Shown piece by piece: positions 11,811-25,146 of a stretch of 64,000 nt of DNA. Made by a program: the position numbers and the translations under genes. Source of the stretch: Octopus vulgaris. Taxonomy: Eukaryota. Under the pieces are notes generated by a model. That model searched no databases. It was not told the DNA's origin and saw nothing but the letters and a program-made list of their open reading frames with translations. Position 1 is the first letter of the stretch. Each line of letters starts with the position of its first letter. Where the stretch lies: NCBI GenBank assembly GCA_951406725.2, contig OX597814.1, positions 180,916,001 through 180,980,000 of the forward strand, in the 5' to 3' direction.

Positions 11811-12501
11811 GATGTAAAGAACACATCTACAGACATGCTAATGAAGTGTGTGAACAGACCTAAGTGATTCCTATTCTAGTAGGTCATTCAATTCCTCCCC
11901 TGTACCTGTACCCAACCCAAGCTATATTTCTCTTTGTCTTACTAACACACCCTTTTTTCTCCTTGCTTCTCATCTGTCCATCCTACCTTCTAACTCTATT
12001 ATTTTCATTACAAACTTTCCTCTTTGTTTCTTTATCTAATTTATTGATCCAATATATATCTATAAACACTATCCCCTATCATCCATATACCCTTTATCTT
12101 CTGAAGAGAATGCCATGACTCTGCTTCCCAGAGCTATCAAAATCTGTACAAGTTGTTACTTTGCTTATATGTAGATCTACAATATTGCCTTAGTATTGCA
12201 TTTGCTTGCATAATACACATTGTTATGTCAACCAGCCGTCAGTCATTCAAAACAGCTGTAAACATAAGACGTGATAACATCATATAAATTGCATATGCAA
12301 CTTTTCATATAAATACATTGCTTAGGCCTGTTATCATTTGACTGGCTTTCTACTTCCATACCTGCTTGATTTTGATTGTTCTTCTAGCTGACTTTTCTAC
12401 CTCTGGACTATCTCACTCTGATGAAGTTGGAGTTTAAAATTCTGATCTTACTGAACACTATTCTATACCAATCTTAAACTATCCACTTATCAGCCATTTT
12501 A

Positions 12502-12536
<35 letters not shown>

Positions 12537-12545
12537 ATACCTTAA

Positions 12546-12761
12546 CCCTTTCGTTACTGTATCTATTTTGAGATGCTCAGTGTTTCTTTCAATTACTTTT
12601 AAATATAACAAAGAATTTAGTAAAATAACTTGGTTATCATTAAGCTAGTGGTAGGAACATAAATTGTGACTAAGGTTTGGTGGAAGATTTTAATTCAAAA
12701 CTTATGCAAACAAGACATTTGTATTCAGAGCCAGTTTCAGTCGGGTTTGGTAATGAAAGGG
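12546..12761. mobile_element. piggyBac-type MITE (216 bp)
   Basis: TTAA|CCCTTTCGTTAC ... GTAATGAAAGGG|TTAA. Confidence 0.88.
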
Positions 12762-13058
12762 TTAAATATGTACATGAGTATTTAAATACTTTCTATAATA
12801 AACATAGACTTCATTTAAATGCCTCTGAGGGAACTATAAGACGCTGCATAAGCATTCAGCTTTCAGTGCAAGATTCTTATAGTAGAAACAGTTGTAAGCT
12901 TATAAAAGCAATTACATAACTCCTGTTTTTTTGTCTTTCATTAATTAATAATATGTTCTGTACTCACCTGATGGTTTACTCTATGGCAGAAGTATATTTA
13001 GTTCTAACAACTGGTTATTAGTATCACTATGCTTAAGGCAAATCAGAAAATGCATACA

Positions 13059-13103
<45 letters not shown>

Positions 13104-14964
13104 ATGATGATGACACACACACACACACACACACACACGCTTAAATATATGCTCTTAAAACAGCATTAGATTAAGATAATTATGTGTGTAACATTTATAA
13201 TATATACATATAAATCTGGGAGAGCACATACTTTAATATATTGCCTTAGAGAAACTTCTCAAAGAGATTTGTGTGTTAAAAAGCACTTGTCTTGCTCAGA
13301 ATGTCAGTGGGTTGCTAGACATGGTCTTTGAGTATAATTTGGTCGCCTGAGTGATGAACATGCTGTGCTTCTTGAGCTAACCCAAAAACTACTCAGTATT
13401 GATATAATTTAACAATTTAAAATGAAATTCAAACATAAGCTCTCCAAAGATAAGAATCTTTTTTTATTATTTGTTCATATGCTTTTCTCTTTTCTATTAA
13501 GTAATATATTATTAAGTATTACTGGTAATCCTACTTCTTTAGTAATATAACTATGTTCTTGGGAAGGATCTTCCAGATGGATAATTTCTCTGACACTGGT
13601 AACATTATAAATACTTTCCTAACCTTTATATATCAACATTTAATGCTAAGAAGCTTGATTTTCCAGAAAAACACAATCAAAAATTGGTTACAATATGAAA
13701 AAAAAAAGAAACATTAAAATAGTGGTAATCTTCATAGCATTTATTTTCATATAGATGTATCAATGGTTGTGACTAAAGTTTCTGTAATATGATTCTGTAC
13801 CATCAGTCTGACTATATAGAAATACAGCACCACTCTTAGTTCATAAAATTGTATTACCGGTAGAATCATTTATTTTCACAACTGATTTGCAGAATTTTCA
13901 TAATTTTTCAAATCTTGCTGACATGGAAAATAAGAATAGAAACCACTTTGAATGGATGTTTTTTTGTTTTTTTTTTTTGAGCCCTTTTTTGTCTTTTTGT
14001 GGGGAAGTGGGGGGTTATAATAGTATTTGATAAATCTGCTGTCACCAGAATATATTTGTGGATGTACACATTCTTCCTTTTCCCCTTTGGGTGTGACTTA
14101 TGTCAGCCATAAAATAAAGCAGAAAAGCAGTAAGCTGATTAGTATGTTTAATGCATGCATATCTCACTGTTTTGGGGATTCATATCTCCCATATTACTAT
14201 GGTAAAATCAATAATCTTCTTCAGCATTACCAGTCTACAGTGTTAAATGCTGAGAAGCTATCAATAATACTAAATAATCTATTTATTCATTTTCAATGGA
14301 TTCATCCAATATGACCAAATGCTAATATATTCTAATTTTTATTTGAAATCTTGACTATGGAAATTCTGATATCTTGTAGATACTAAATTCCTTTGTTTAA
14401 AAATTTATGATTATTATCATTCTTTGAACTCCTGTAACTAGAAAATGCATCTACTTAGTGAAATTTTGATAATTATAGGTCGTCATTTAAAGTGGTAATG
14501 CTTTATTTAAAGCTTTTTAGCCTAATATTAGTTTTCAATTTACATATAGATTTTATGCTGCTGGTTTTTTTTGTTTATTTGTTTTAATGATTTTTAATGG
14601 CTCAAAAAAATAATTGCTTTAGAATAATAAATGAATAAAATTCATTCATTATTCAAAACTAATTTGTTACTAAAGGATAACCAGTTTCAGTTAGGTTCTG
14701 ATATTTGAGAGTTAAAATCCTACTGACAGCATTGCAATTTGCAAAATACAAGTTTACCTAGTCTTTGGTGAAGTATAATGAAAACTGACTCTCAGCCCAA
14801 GAGCTCTCCTATTCCATTGCAATAATAAAAACTGTACTTTAATCCATATATATAAAGTATATATTTCATGTTAGATATGGTGTCAAAATATCTTAATTTT
14901 ATTTAGAATTCAAGAATATAGCTAAATCTAGGAAACCAGTGTTTTTATCAATATAGACCTGTTT

Positions 14965-15178
14965 TAGGCGGCAAGCTGGCAGAAACGTTAGCATGCCGGG
15001 CGAAATGCTTAACAGTATTTTGTCTGTCTTCGTGTTCTGAGTTCAAATTCCACCAAGGTCGACTTTGCCTTTCATCCTTTCGGGGGTCAATAAATTAAGT
15101 ACCAGTTGCGTACTGGAGTTGACCTAATTGACTGGCTTCTCCTCCAAAATTTCAGGCTTTGTGCCTAGAGTAGAAAAG
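14965..15178 (+). mobile_element. Full-length tRNA-type SINE with a 15-bp TSD
   Basis: TSD AATATAGACCTGTTT at 14950-14964 and 15179-15193. B-box-like GAGTTCAAATTCC. The central GCCTTTCATCCTTTCGGGGGTCAATAAATTAAGTACCAG resembles the MetaSINE-type domain (from memory). Decayed relatives lie near 20560, 23850, 25950, 26250, 47400 and 63090. Confidence 0.9.
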
Positions 15179-17078
15179 AATATAGACCTGTTTAAATAAA
15201 AAGCCGTTGAATCATTTGCTAACACAGTTTCAGTTTCCTTGCTTGTAATTTAAGCATTTTATCAATACAGAAAAAACTTTTGGAATTATCTAAGAGATCT
15301 TTAATCATTCAACTAACAGAAAATTATTACTTTCACTGATTTTCAATTGTCACCTAGATTGCTTTTTACTTTAATCTCAGGTTGTGCAAATTATTATATC
15401 CTGAGACTATATATTTTATAATGTTATCTTAGTCTAACTAGAATTAAGCTTAACAGGTTCAACTTCACATTTACTTTTTCAACCTAGGTGTGGTTGATTT
15501 ATTAAAGTACTGGACTATTGGGCGATAAAACATTTATTTAACCACAATACTCCCACCTTATCTTTGACAATATGCCCACATTTATTTAGTCACAATATTC
15601 CCACCTACTTTTAGGCACAATTCTCTGTTTGTTAGTCATCTGTACTTGTGAGTTATCAGTATTAGAAAAGGATTCATAAAAAAATTTATACCAGTAAATT
15701 ATACCAGTCTTAAGAAAACATAATTGTATATACAGTATATTGAAGAAGTAGTTAAACCTACTCTGATGCAATTTATGGGACTTGAAAAGAAAATTCATTT
15801 TGGTTCATAATGATGTCTTATGCATTCCAAGTACTGAATATTAAATGTCTCTATATCACTATCATTGCCCTACCTTAAAGGCTATGTGGTATTTGAGAAC
15901 AAATTCAATGAGCTTGAGCAAATTGTTTTTGAATTCTATACACAGACTTTGTAGCTTTATGCTTGCCAAGGATGACCTTACTAGGCAAAGTCATCTTTAT
16001 TAAAGCTATTATCAAGGGATGTTGAAATATACAAAAAGATTGCAATGGTTTAGGCTACATAAGTTTTTAAACATCACTTCCGCTACTCAGTATTTTGCTT
16101 TTGTTTTTGTTTTCAAATTGAAAATAAACACAGTTTTTAATTTTAACAGATTTAATCTAAAATGTTTTTTAGCTGTTACTAATTAATTCTCTTGGATATT
16201 TCTTTTAATACACTGTTTTAATGCTTCATATAAAGTCAACTAAAACTATAATTAAACTTGTGAGTATTGCAAAAAAAAAAAAAGCTATGATCGCAAATTG
16301 GACTTCCAACTGCACTCAAGTCAATTTCACTTTATTTTCTACCAGTCAGATTTAAATATTTAACTGTATTAAACTTAAAGCATTTGCAATAGTGGGAAAT
16401 ATTTTAGCAGTAGTTGATGTATTATTTTCTAGGTTTCTAGCAATATACATTTGAATACTTTTTTCTGAATTAAAATATTTGGAAAATGCATTTGAGTGTC
16501 ATGTTGCTATGAGTTTCTGATTGTGAATCTTTTTGTTTTATTTAATCCTATAAAAAAAAAGATCTGTTCATCCTGTAATCTTAATAGCCTTGCGGTAGGT
16601 GTGTCAGATATTTGTATAGCACATCACTTACAAGTCACTAACACTGAATTGATTAAGTCAGTCAGACTTATTCTAAAAGGTTAGAAGTATACATAATCAA
16701 TCAATGAATCATTTCATTTATAGATAGCAAATGCAGCTTTTGTTTAACTGTGGAATACACCTTCAATAAATTCTTTTGTCTTGTTGCTTTTGTTGAAGTA
16801 ACCTAAGAGATGAATTGATACTAGTATAGGAAAATGTCATTTCTTTATTATATTGAAAATCATTGCTGCAATTTTATTTTAAAGAGAATCTATGACACCC
16901 CAACATATGAAGAGGCTTCAGTCACTACTTCAATCTATTACTAAACTATACTTATGGTATATTTCATCTCTCAACCCAATCCTTTCAGGTCTTGTCTAGT
17001 TGCTGTGAGACCTAGTTTATCAACATTTCTTTGACTATTCTGTTTCTTTTCTCCTGTCAGTTGCCATTTACCTATATA

Positions 17079-18320
17079 TTGGATTATCCCATAAATAATG
17101 CATTTTTTTTTCAATTGTATGAGCTAAAAGCTGGAAGGGAACAGGATAAACTACCCGCATCAACTTGCTATAAAAGAAGGTAGTAATTTTACCTTGTACT
17201 TATTCTTAGTACAAGTTTTGAAGAGTGCTGTTCGATTTTAAGTTATTTTTTCAAAGCTATAATGGAAGTGACAAAGGAGCATATTCGACATATTTTGCTA
17301 TGAGAGTTCAATAAAGGCAACAATGCAACCGAATGTGTGAGGAATATTAATACATTATATGGGGATCAGATAATAGGTGTGAGCCAGTGTCAACGGTGGT
17401 TCCAGAAATTCTGAGCTGGAAACTACAGCCTAGAAGATGAGCCTCATCATGGAAGATCTGTAGAGCTCAACGAGGACATCCTGCAAACCCTGGTGGAACA
17501 AAATCCTATCGTAACTTTTGAGGAACTAACCGAGAAACTTGGATTTGGTCATTCAACCATTCATTGACACCTGCGAGCCATCAGAAAAGTCAGCAAATTG
17601 GGTCAATGGGTTACTCATAAACTTTCCGAGTCTAGTCACATGCAGAGAGTGAATGTGTGCTCTTCTTTGCTGTCACAAATGAGCCTTTTTTGGGGGGGGA
17701 CTGAATAGTGACTGGTGATGAAAAATGTCTTTCTCAATAAAAATGTTGAGTGCTGAAGACAGTGGGTAGGGAAAGGAGAAACACTAGCACCCCAAGCTAA
17801 AGAAGGTCTTCACCCACGTAATCTGTTTGGTGGGATATGAAGGTTTAGTCCACTTTGAACTTTTAAACCCAAACCAAATGATAACAAAGGAGATCTACTG
17901 CAAGCAACATGAGCAACTTAAGTCAGTGCTAGAAGAAAGACGACCATCTTTGGTTTCAAGACAAAAGGTGTTCTTCAATCAGGATAATGCTCAGCCACAT
18001 ACAGCAAGGATGACATTCCAAAAGCTGGAGCAGTTTCAGTGGGAAACAATACCCCATCCAACATATTCACTGGACATTGCCCCATCTGATTATCATTTAT
18101 TCTGCAGTCTTCAAAATACGAATTCTGTAGACAAGGTCAGAACAGTGCTGAAGGAGTATCTTTCATCGTGGACAAGTGAATTTTGGAAGAAGGACCTTGC
18201 AAGTCTACCAGATGAGCATTATAAAAGATGGAGAGTTTTTTTAGATTAAAAAAGAACTTTATCTAATTTTGAAAAATAAAAGAAGTATAAAAAAGCTGCA
18301 TTATTTATGGGATGACCTAA
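17079..18320 (+). mobile_element. Near full-length mariner (DD34D) relic
   Basis: TIRs TTGGATTATCCCATAAATAATGCA and TGCATTATTTATGGGATGACCTAA, with TA flanks. The transposase from ATG 17262 (MEVTKEHIRHILL..) shows WVTHKL, VTGDEK, QDNAQPH and YSLDIAPSDYHLF, with several stops and frameshifts. Confidence 0.95.
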
Positions 18321-21300
18321 TATATATAAACAATGTCTAACTGGTATCCAGAACTCTTGATAAAATTCCATTTATCTTTGTACTCTAGGTGTCATGTTTT
18401 AAATAAAATCATTCTATCAACTGGCACACTGAGAGAGGTTTGACAACACACATAAAGTAAACAAAGCATACATTTAAAGACTAATGATATTTCAGATAAC
18501 TAAGAATAAAATGAAATATGTCTCCACTGCTCATACTTAACTTTATATGAAGCTTTTGTTCCAAAACTAAACTTACTGGAACTTTTCATTTGAATTTGTA
18601 TTTGATAAATCTTCCAAAGATGTAAAGGTTTTATAACATAATTATGCCAGTGCATAATGGTAGAAACCATTAGAAGATTAAGTGGAACAAAGGCAGCATG
18701 CATTAACATTTGTAGTACTGTTAAGATCAATACAATTGATGTTCAGTTTCAAGATTTGCTGAGCACTGACTGTAAAGGAAAAATTAAAAAGGTGTGAATC
18801 CATGGGACTAGTTCTAGAGAGGAATGACTGGACAAGTATTTTGCGTGGGGTTATTGTGTTGTCTAAGAAACAGGAGATGGAGTACAGTGATATAAACAGT
18901 ACTTCTGTATATGTAAGTCATAATTGAAGTTAACAAGCAATTGGAAGTGAAGAACTTATTAGCCTTAAAGAGAAAGCCTAATCGTTAGACTGCAGCTTTG
19001 ATAATGTTACAAATGTGAGGTCACCATGAGAAATAAGCAGAGATTGTGAGGCCTACCATTTGTAGTAACTTTAAGGAGTTTAGTTGTATATTATTCCTGT
19101 ATTTGGAAATATAGTCTAAGACTATTTCCTTTATGTATTGTTATTGTGTCCGGTTCTGTGAAGAAAGACTAGCTTTTCATGTCTCTTTTAAAGGCTGTCT
19201 TCCAAATTTTGGAAATAAAATTGATGAATTTTTATTTCAAAAGACCTTTTTAAATTGTTTTGTCTTAATACATTAAATATGTTTAATACCATAGTAAATA
19301 TTTTATTGACAAAAATATATATAATGAAGTACGCTAATACTGTAAAGTCACATCTTTTACCTTTTTCATCTTGTAATTGGAGCAACATTTAATGCTCAAG
19401 TAATTTCCTTTTTTATTTGTAAATACTTAAAAATATATGCATATATACATCTATTGAAAATGGAAAAATTTGGATGATTTGTAAACAAACATACATTAAC
19501 AAACAGCATTATTATATGTACAACAGCTAAGATACACATTTTGTGTTCATGCATATTTGTAGTAATTAATTGAGTTGGCAAGAAAGTAATTTTGGTTTTT
19601 TTAGTGTGAAGTAAGTCAATTTTTTTTCCATGCAGTATATACTATGATGTTTCTTAAAATTAGCTAGCTAAAGAAGGAGTCTATGTGATCACTCAACCTG
19701 CGAGAAATAGCAACCAAATTCCCTCAAATCCCATCTTACCAATTGAAGTTAAACATGTAATTAACATTAGCAAAGTCAATTACTAAAATATACTTTGAAT
19801 TTCATTCATTTTTATAATAAACTGGAAAAGACTTACTTTTTATATTTAATATTTCTTTTTAGTTTTAGTCTTGATTGGGACTGCTTACTTTGCCTATCCT
19901 GAGTGCATTGTTCCAAATATACACCTATTTGTGCTGCTATGAAATTGGTGCAGGAGTTTACAGATATTCTTAAATCCAATCTTTTATTATCAGAAAATAT
20001 CAATAGACAGTAGATTGAATATAAAAATCTTGTTCAATTTAATGAAATAATAACAGTGCTCCACTCACTTCTATAAAAGCTAAACATTATCTTTAACCAC
20101 ATCATAATTTGCTTGGGACTATCCTACTTCTTACACATTTGTCATTTCATGTGCAGAAGAAAGCTGAAAACTTGGGTAATATACATTGACTCAATATGTA
20201 CAATGTATATTCCCTCTTCTGATTCATTATCTCACTTATTTTGTACATCTATGTTTCACTATTTCTTTCTCATCTTTCCTCCTAGTGGCCTTCCTCTTCT
20301 GTACCATTTGTGACATTTGTAACCAAGGTGTTACTGAAACTTTCAACTCTGAGAAAAGAATGGGTATTAATAGAACATAAGGCATATGGGGAGAAAACCT
20401 GAAGAATTTATTTCTTATATTGTTTACATGTTATATTCATTGAAATTTTACAATTTTCTTGCCAAAAGTAAAAATATTACAGAAAGTAGTTAGAATTTCT
20501 TCATATCAAGTGCTTGAAAAGACAGTAATATAAAGAGAGCTTTGTGTTGGACTAAATGCCTTGTATTTAGTTTCATCTTAGTTCAAATGCAACTTCCACT
20601 ATGTTCAGCTTTACTCTTCATTCTTGTGGGATCAATCAAATAAGAACCAATCGTGTAATGGGTTTGATACAGCCAAGTAAAACCCTCCTCTAAAATATAT
20701 GGTTGTGTGCCAATGTTAAAAATCATTTAAAGTTCTTATGGAAGGTATGATCATGAGCATGTTCATTTTTCATTTCCATCATGAATTATAGTCATTAATG
20801 GAAACTGCTTATCACAAATTGATAAGCAGAAAATACACATTGGTTTCATTGTATTTAATCTCATAAATCTCATAAATAGTCTGTTAAATAATCTGTTGTT
20901 AAACTGATCTGAAGAAATTAGAGATAGTGACAAAAATTAGAACCATATAAGTAGAGACTATTTTCTCAAATTTAGTCAGACAAGAGCAATCTATACTTAA
21001 TAATAGCCAATATAAATGTGGGTTGGTTGGTTTCTCCTATTATGCTTTATGTTGTAGAGAGGGAGAGATAGAGTAAAAGAGAAATATAGAGAGAGTTACC
21101 ACTAAGAGATACAGAATGAATGCACATTCTAGGTTGGTGGAAGGCAATGGAGTAAAGGAACGTTACTCACACACACAGTGAGAGAGAAAGAATCATAGAG
21201 ACAGAGGAAGAAAGGCTCTGCAATAGTATAATGAACATGCTTTTTCCTTATGTGATTTACTAGTTAGCTGTTTGTTTGCAGAGTAAGTGTTTTTGCATTA

Positions 21301-21581
21301 ATCACTAGGGCACTTGCTAACATAAGAATTTATAACAAACTGTTCCAATTATATTACAATTTCTGAAGAATATTAAAACATTAGAATGTTATCCTTCATA
21401 TGATCAGTAACTTCGAAAAAATATTTTTACCACCATGGGTAATATGAGGAAATATGGCATACAATAATTATAATTTTTATCAAATTATCTATGGTGACAA
21501 AAGTATACTTCCAAAGTTACCTATTATATGATGGGTAACTCACTATTTTATGAATAATTGACATAAGAGAGATAATATATA

Positions 21582-22624
21582 TTGGGTCATCCCATAAATA
21601 ATGCAGTTTTTTTCAATTGCATGAACTAAAAGTCAGAGGGGGACAGGATAAACTACCTGCATCAACTTATTATAAAAACAGTAATTTTACCTTGTCCTTA
21701 TTCTTAGTACAAGTTTTGAAGAGTGCAGTTTGATTTTAAGTTATTTTTTCAAAGTTATAATGGGAGTTACAAAGGAGCATATTCAGCATATTTTACTTTG
21801 AGTTAAATAAAGGCAACAATGCAACAGAATATGCGAGGAATATTAATGCATTATATGGGGACTAAACAGTAAGCATAAGCCAGTGTCAATGGTAGTTCCC
21901 ATAAACTACAGCCTAGAAGATAAACCTTGTCCTGGAAGATCTGTAGAGCTCGACGAGGAAATCCTGCAAACCCTGTTGGAACAAAATCCCATTGTAACTG
22001 TTGAGTAACTAGCAGAGAAGCTTGGATTTGGTCATTGTGTCTGTGTTTGTGAGTCTGTTCCCCCTACCATCTCTTTGACAATCAGTATTGGTGTGTTTAC
22101 ATTCCTGTAACTTAGTGGTTCGACAAAAGATACCAAAAGGATAAGTACTAGGCTTACAAAGAATAAGTCCTGGGGTTGATTTGTTCGACTAAAGGTGGTG
22201 CTCCAACATGGCTACAGTCAAATGATTGAAACAAGTAAAAGAGAAAAGATCATCTACTACAAGCAGCTTGAGCAGATTAAGTCAACGCTAGAAGAAAAAA
22301 CGACCATCTTTGGTTTCAAGACAAAAGGTGTTCTTCCATCAGGATAATGCTCAGCCACATACAGAGAAGATAACATTTCAAAGGCTGGAGCAGTTTGAAT
22401 GGGGAAACAATGCCCCACCCACCACATTCACCAGACATTGCCCCATCTAATTATCATTTATTCCGCAGTCTTCAAAATCATTTGGACAGAAAATATATGA
22501 ATTCTGTAGACAAGGTTAAAACAGTACTGGAGGAGTATCTTTCATCACAGACAAATTAATTTAGAAGAGGAGCCTTGCAAGTCTACCAGTATAAAAAAAA
22601 TGCATTATTTATGGGATGACTCAA
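21582..22624 (+). mobile_element. Second copy of the same mariner family, internally deleted and interrupted by a SINE
   Basis: TIRs TTGGGTCATCCCATAAATAATGCA and TGCATTATTTATGGGATGACTCAA. Colinear with 17079-18320. Confidence 0.95.
22037..22248 (+). mobile_element. 5'-truncated SINE nested in the mariner
   Basis: Matches 11600-11810 (AAGTACTAGGCTTACAAAGAATAAGTCCTGGGGTTGATTTG). Confidence 0.92.
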
Positions 22625-24530
22625 TATATGCTTTGAGTTTTCTACTGGTTTCATTCTATTTTTAAATATCTCACAGATTGCTTTTTAGAGAAAATTTCTT
22701 TTCACTGTGAAGAATTTACACAGGTTGTTTTGAAGTTTATTTTTTTGTTGTCATATGTTTTTTTTTTTTATCTATACATTTTATCTATACATTTTTTAAT
22801 AAAAAGCACTATTTTCATAACTAATCGATTACACAATATCTTTCATTGGTTAGATTTCTTACTTCTCTGAAAAGGAGAAAAAAAGTCATGATTTCAATAG
22901 ATGCAGAGTACATTTTTTGTTTAATATAAAGATTTTTATAATTTAAATTCATGTGAATGATATAAAATAAGTGGATGAGCTTAGAATATAAAGATTATAG
23001 GTTAAGTGCTGTTAGATGGAAGTAAAAATCAGGTTTATTACAGCTTTGCATTCCTATGTGTATGTATGCATATGCTTACCTCCTGCTCGCTCCCAATACT
23101 TGCTTACCTTACAATTCCTGGACATAATATAAGCCTATTCACATGCTTACGAATTTAGTTTACTTCTGCCAGGATGTCTTCCAAAGTTGCTGCCTCTTCA
23201 CTCCATTACTTTTAATGGGACGAAAGAGAATGCATACTAAAGTTGGTTATTCTATGGCAATGACATCAAATCTCTAAGGAAAACAATGTGAATTGTTCAA
23301 TGCCAACACTCTGCCTATATCCAGATAAATTATTATTTATTGTAGATTCAAAAGACTTATGAATGTATTCAAATGCATATATAAATCTAATGATATGCAT
23401 TTAAATTTATAAGCTTCATCAAATATCCAAAGTTGAGGCTTCCTTCTGTTATCAGTTTATGTGTTTGTTGTATGTTTGCAGAATTGTTAGTGCATTGGAC
23501 AGATATCTTTCAGTATTTATTGCTCTTTGCATTCTGAATTTAAATATCTCTAAGATCTTTGTCTTTGATTCTTCACTCACTCTCTTTTAAAATCACTTAT
23601 ACTTCAATATAAGAACAACATGCAGGGACACTCACAGTGTCCTTTTCTTATATTGCAATCCCTAATGCAAAAGAATAATATGGTCATTAAGTTTCTGGTG
23701 GAGTATGGTACATAATAAGATAAATACTTTTTTTTTTTGTTTACTTTTGACAAATAATGTTTCTATTGTACTAAACTTACATTTTATAAACACCTATTTT
23801 TGTTAATTTAATCATCCCAGCATATTACTGGTACTGTACTATTGATCTCCAAGAGGGTGAAAAGCAGTCAACTCGGTGATATTTAAGCACACAAGATAAG
23901 ACACACCTAAATATTGTATTGCATTTATTCTGATATCTATCATTCTTGCCACTCTGTTTCCTTTTAATGCTTACAATAATTATAGTAATAAATTTGCTGT
24001 AATATCTCAGATTTTGATATGAAGAAAATAAGTGATGATATCTATAGGCTACTTTAGAACAGTTTAATATTTATTATATGTAATTATAATTTTACTGGAT
24101 TCTTTAGTGTAGAAGTAACTACTTGATAAACAAGAGCAACAATCTAGTTTTGATCCTGTGTTAAAACTACTTCATTTTCATTGGCAATACAATAGCAAAA
24201 GGGTTAATGCTATAGAAAATGTTATGCCACACCTTTATATCACCATATCAAAACTCATCCTTGGTGCTAGTCTGGATTAAATTTTTTTAAATGTTATTCT
24301 AATCATGCAGATCCAATCTATATTATGAGTATACTATCTTTAAATTTAGAATTAAACTATATCCTCCTCATTTTCAAGATGGGGAGACGTTTATTGCAAG
24401 AGATTTGCCTCTTGTTTTTATAAATTTGATCAGCTATGTAAAAGCCCTCCTACTGGTTGCTCATAACTATTGAATCAAATAACCCCATCACTGCAGTATT
24501 TACAAGTAACCTTAAAGAAAATCATTTTAA

Positions 24531-24750
24531 CCCTTTAGCATTCAAACTGGCCATATCCAGCCTAAATTTTCCACCTGTTTTATGTTCAAACCAGCCAGAT
24601 ACAACCTCTCACAGCTACCCTACAAGGTCCTTCTAAAAATAAGCAGTCGCATTATGAAAATCTCAAAGCTACAAGATGATGCTTGATTAATTCAAAACAA
24701 TGTGAATAAATAAGCATTACATTTGACAGAATAATCTGAATGCTAAAGGA
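24531..24750. mobile_element. piggyBac-type MITE (220 bp)
   Basis: TTAA|CCCTTTAGCATTCA ... TGAATGCTAAAGGA|TTAA. Confidence 0.88.
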
Positions 24751-24803
24751 TTAAATCATACTTTATACCAAAAAAAAATGATCATTTACATCAGTGTAGC
24801 ACA

Positions 24804-25146
24804 CTCTCTACTCTTTTACTTGTTTCAGTCATTTGACTGTGGCCATGCTGGAGCACCGCCTTTAGTCGAGCAAATCAACCCCAGGACTTATTCTTTGTAA
24901 GCCTAGTACTTATTCTATCGGTCTCTTTTGCCGAACTGCTAAGTTACGGGGATGTAAACACACCAACATCAGTTGTCAAGCAACGTTGGGGGACAAACAC
25001 AGGCACACACATATGTACTCGATTTCCGTCTACCAAATCCACTCACAAGGCTTTGGTCGGCCCGAGGTTATAGTAGAAGACACTTGCCCAAGGTGCTACG
25101 CAGTGGGACTGAACCTGGGACCATGTGGCTGCCACTCTTGCACCTA
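24804..25146 (-). mobile_element. tRNA-derived SINE, same family as 11405-11810
   Basis: Minus strand has B-box GGTTCAGTCCC followed by GCACCTTGGGCAAGTGTCTTCTAC and the same 3' domain. Decayed relatives lie near 2380, 6450, 8470, 26850, 44455 and 49380. Confidence 0.92.

Noticed and set aside
12095-12155. Possible further hammerhead relics (CTGAAGA..CTCTG/CAGAG here; CTGATGA near 12417)
   Set aside because: The GAAA box and stems are too degenerate to call.
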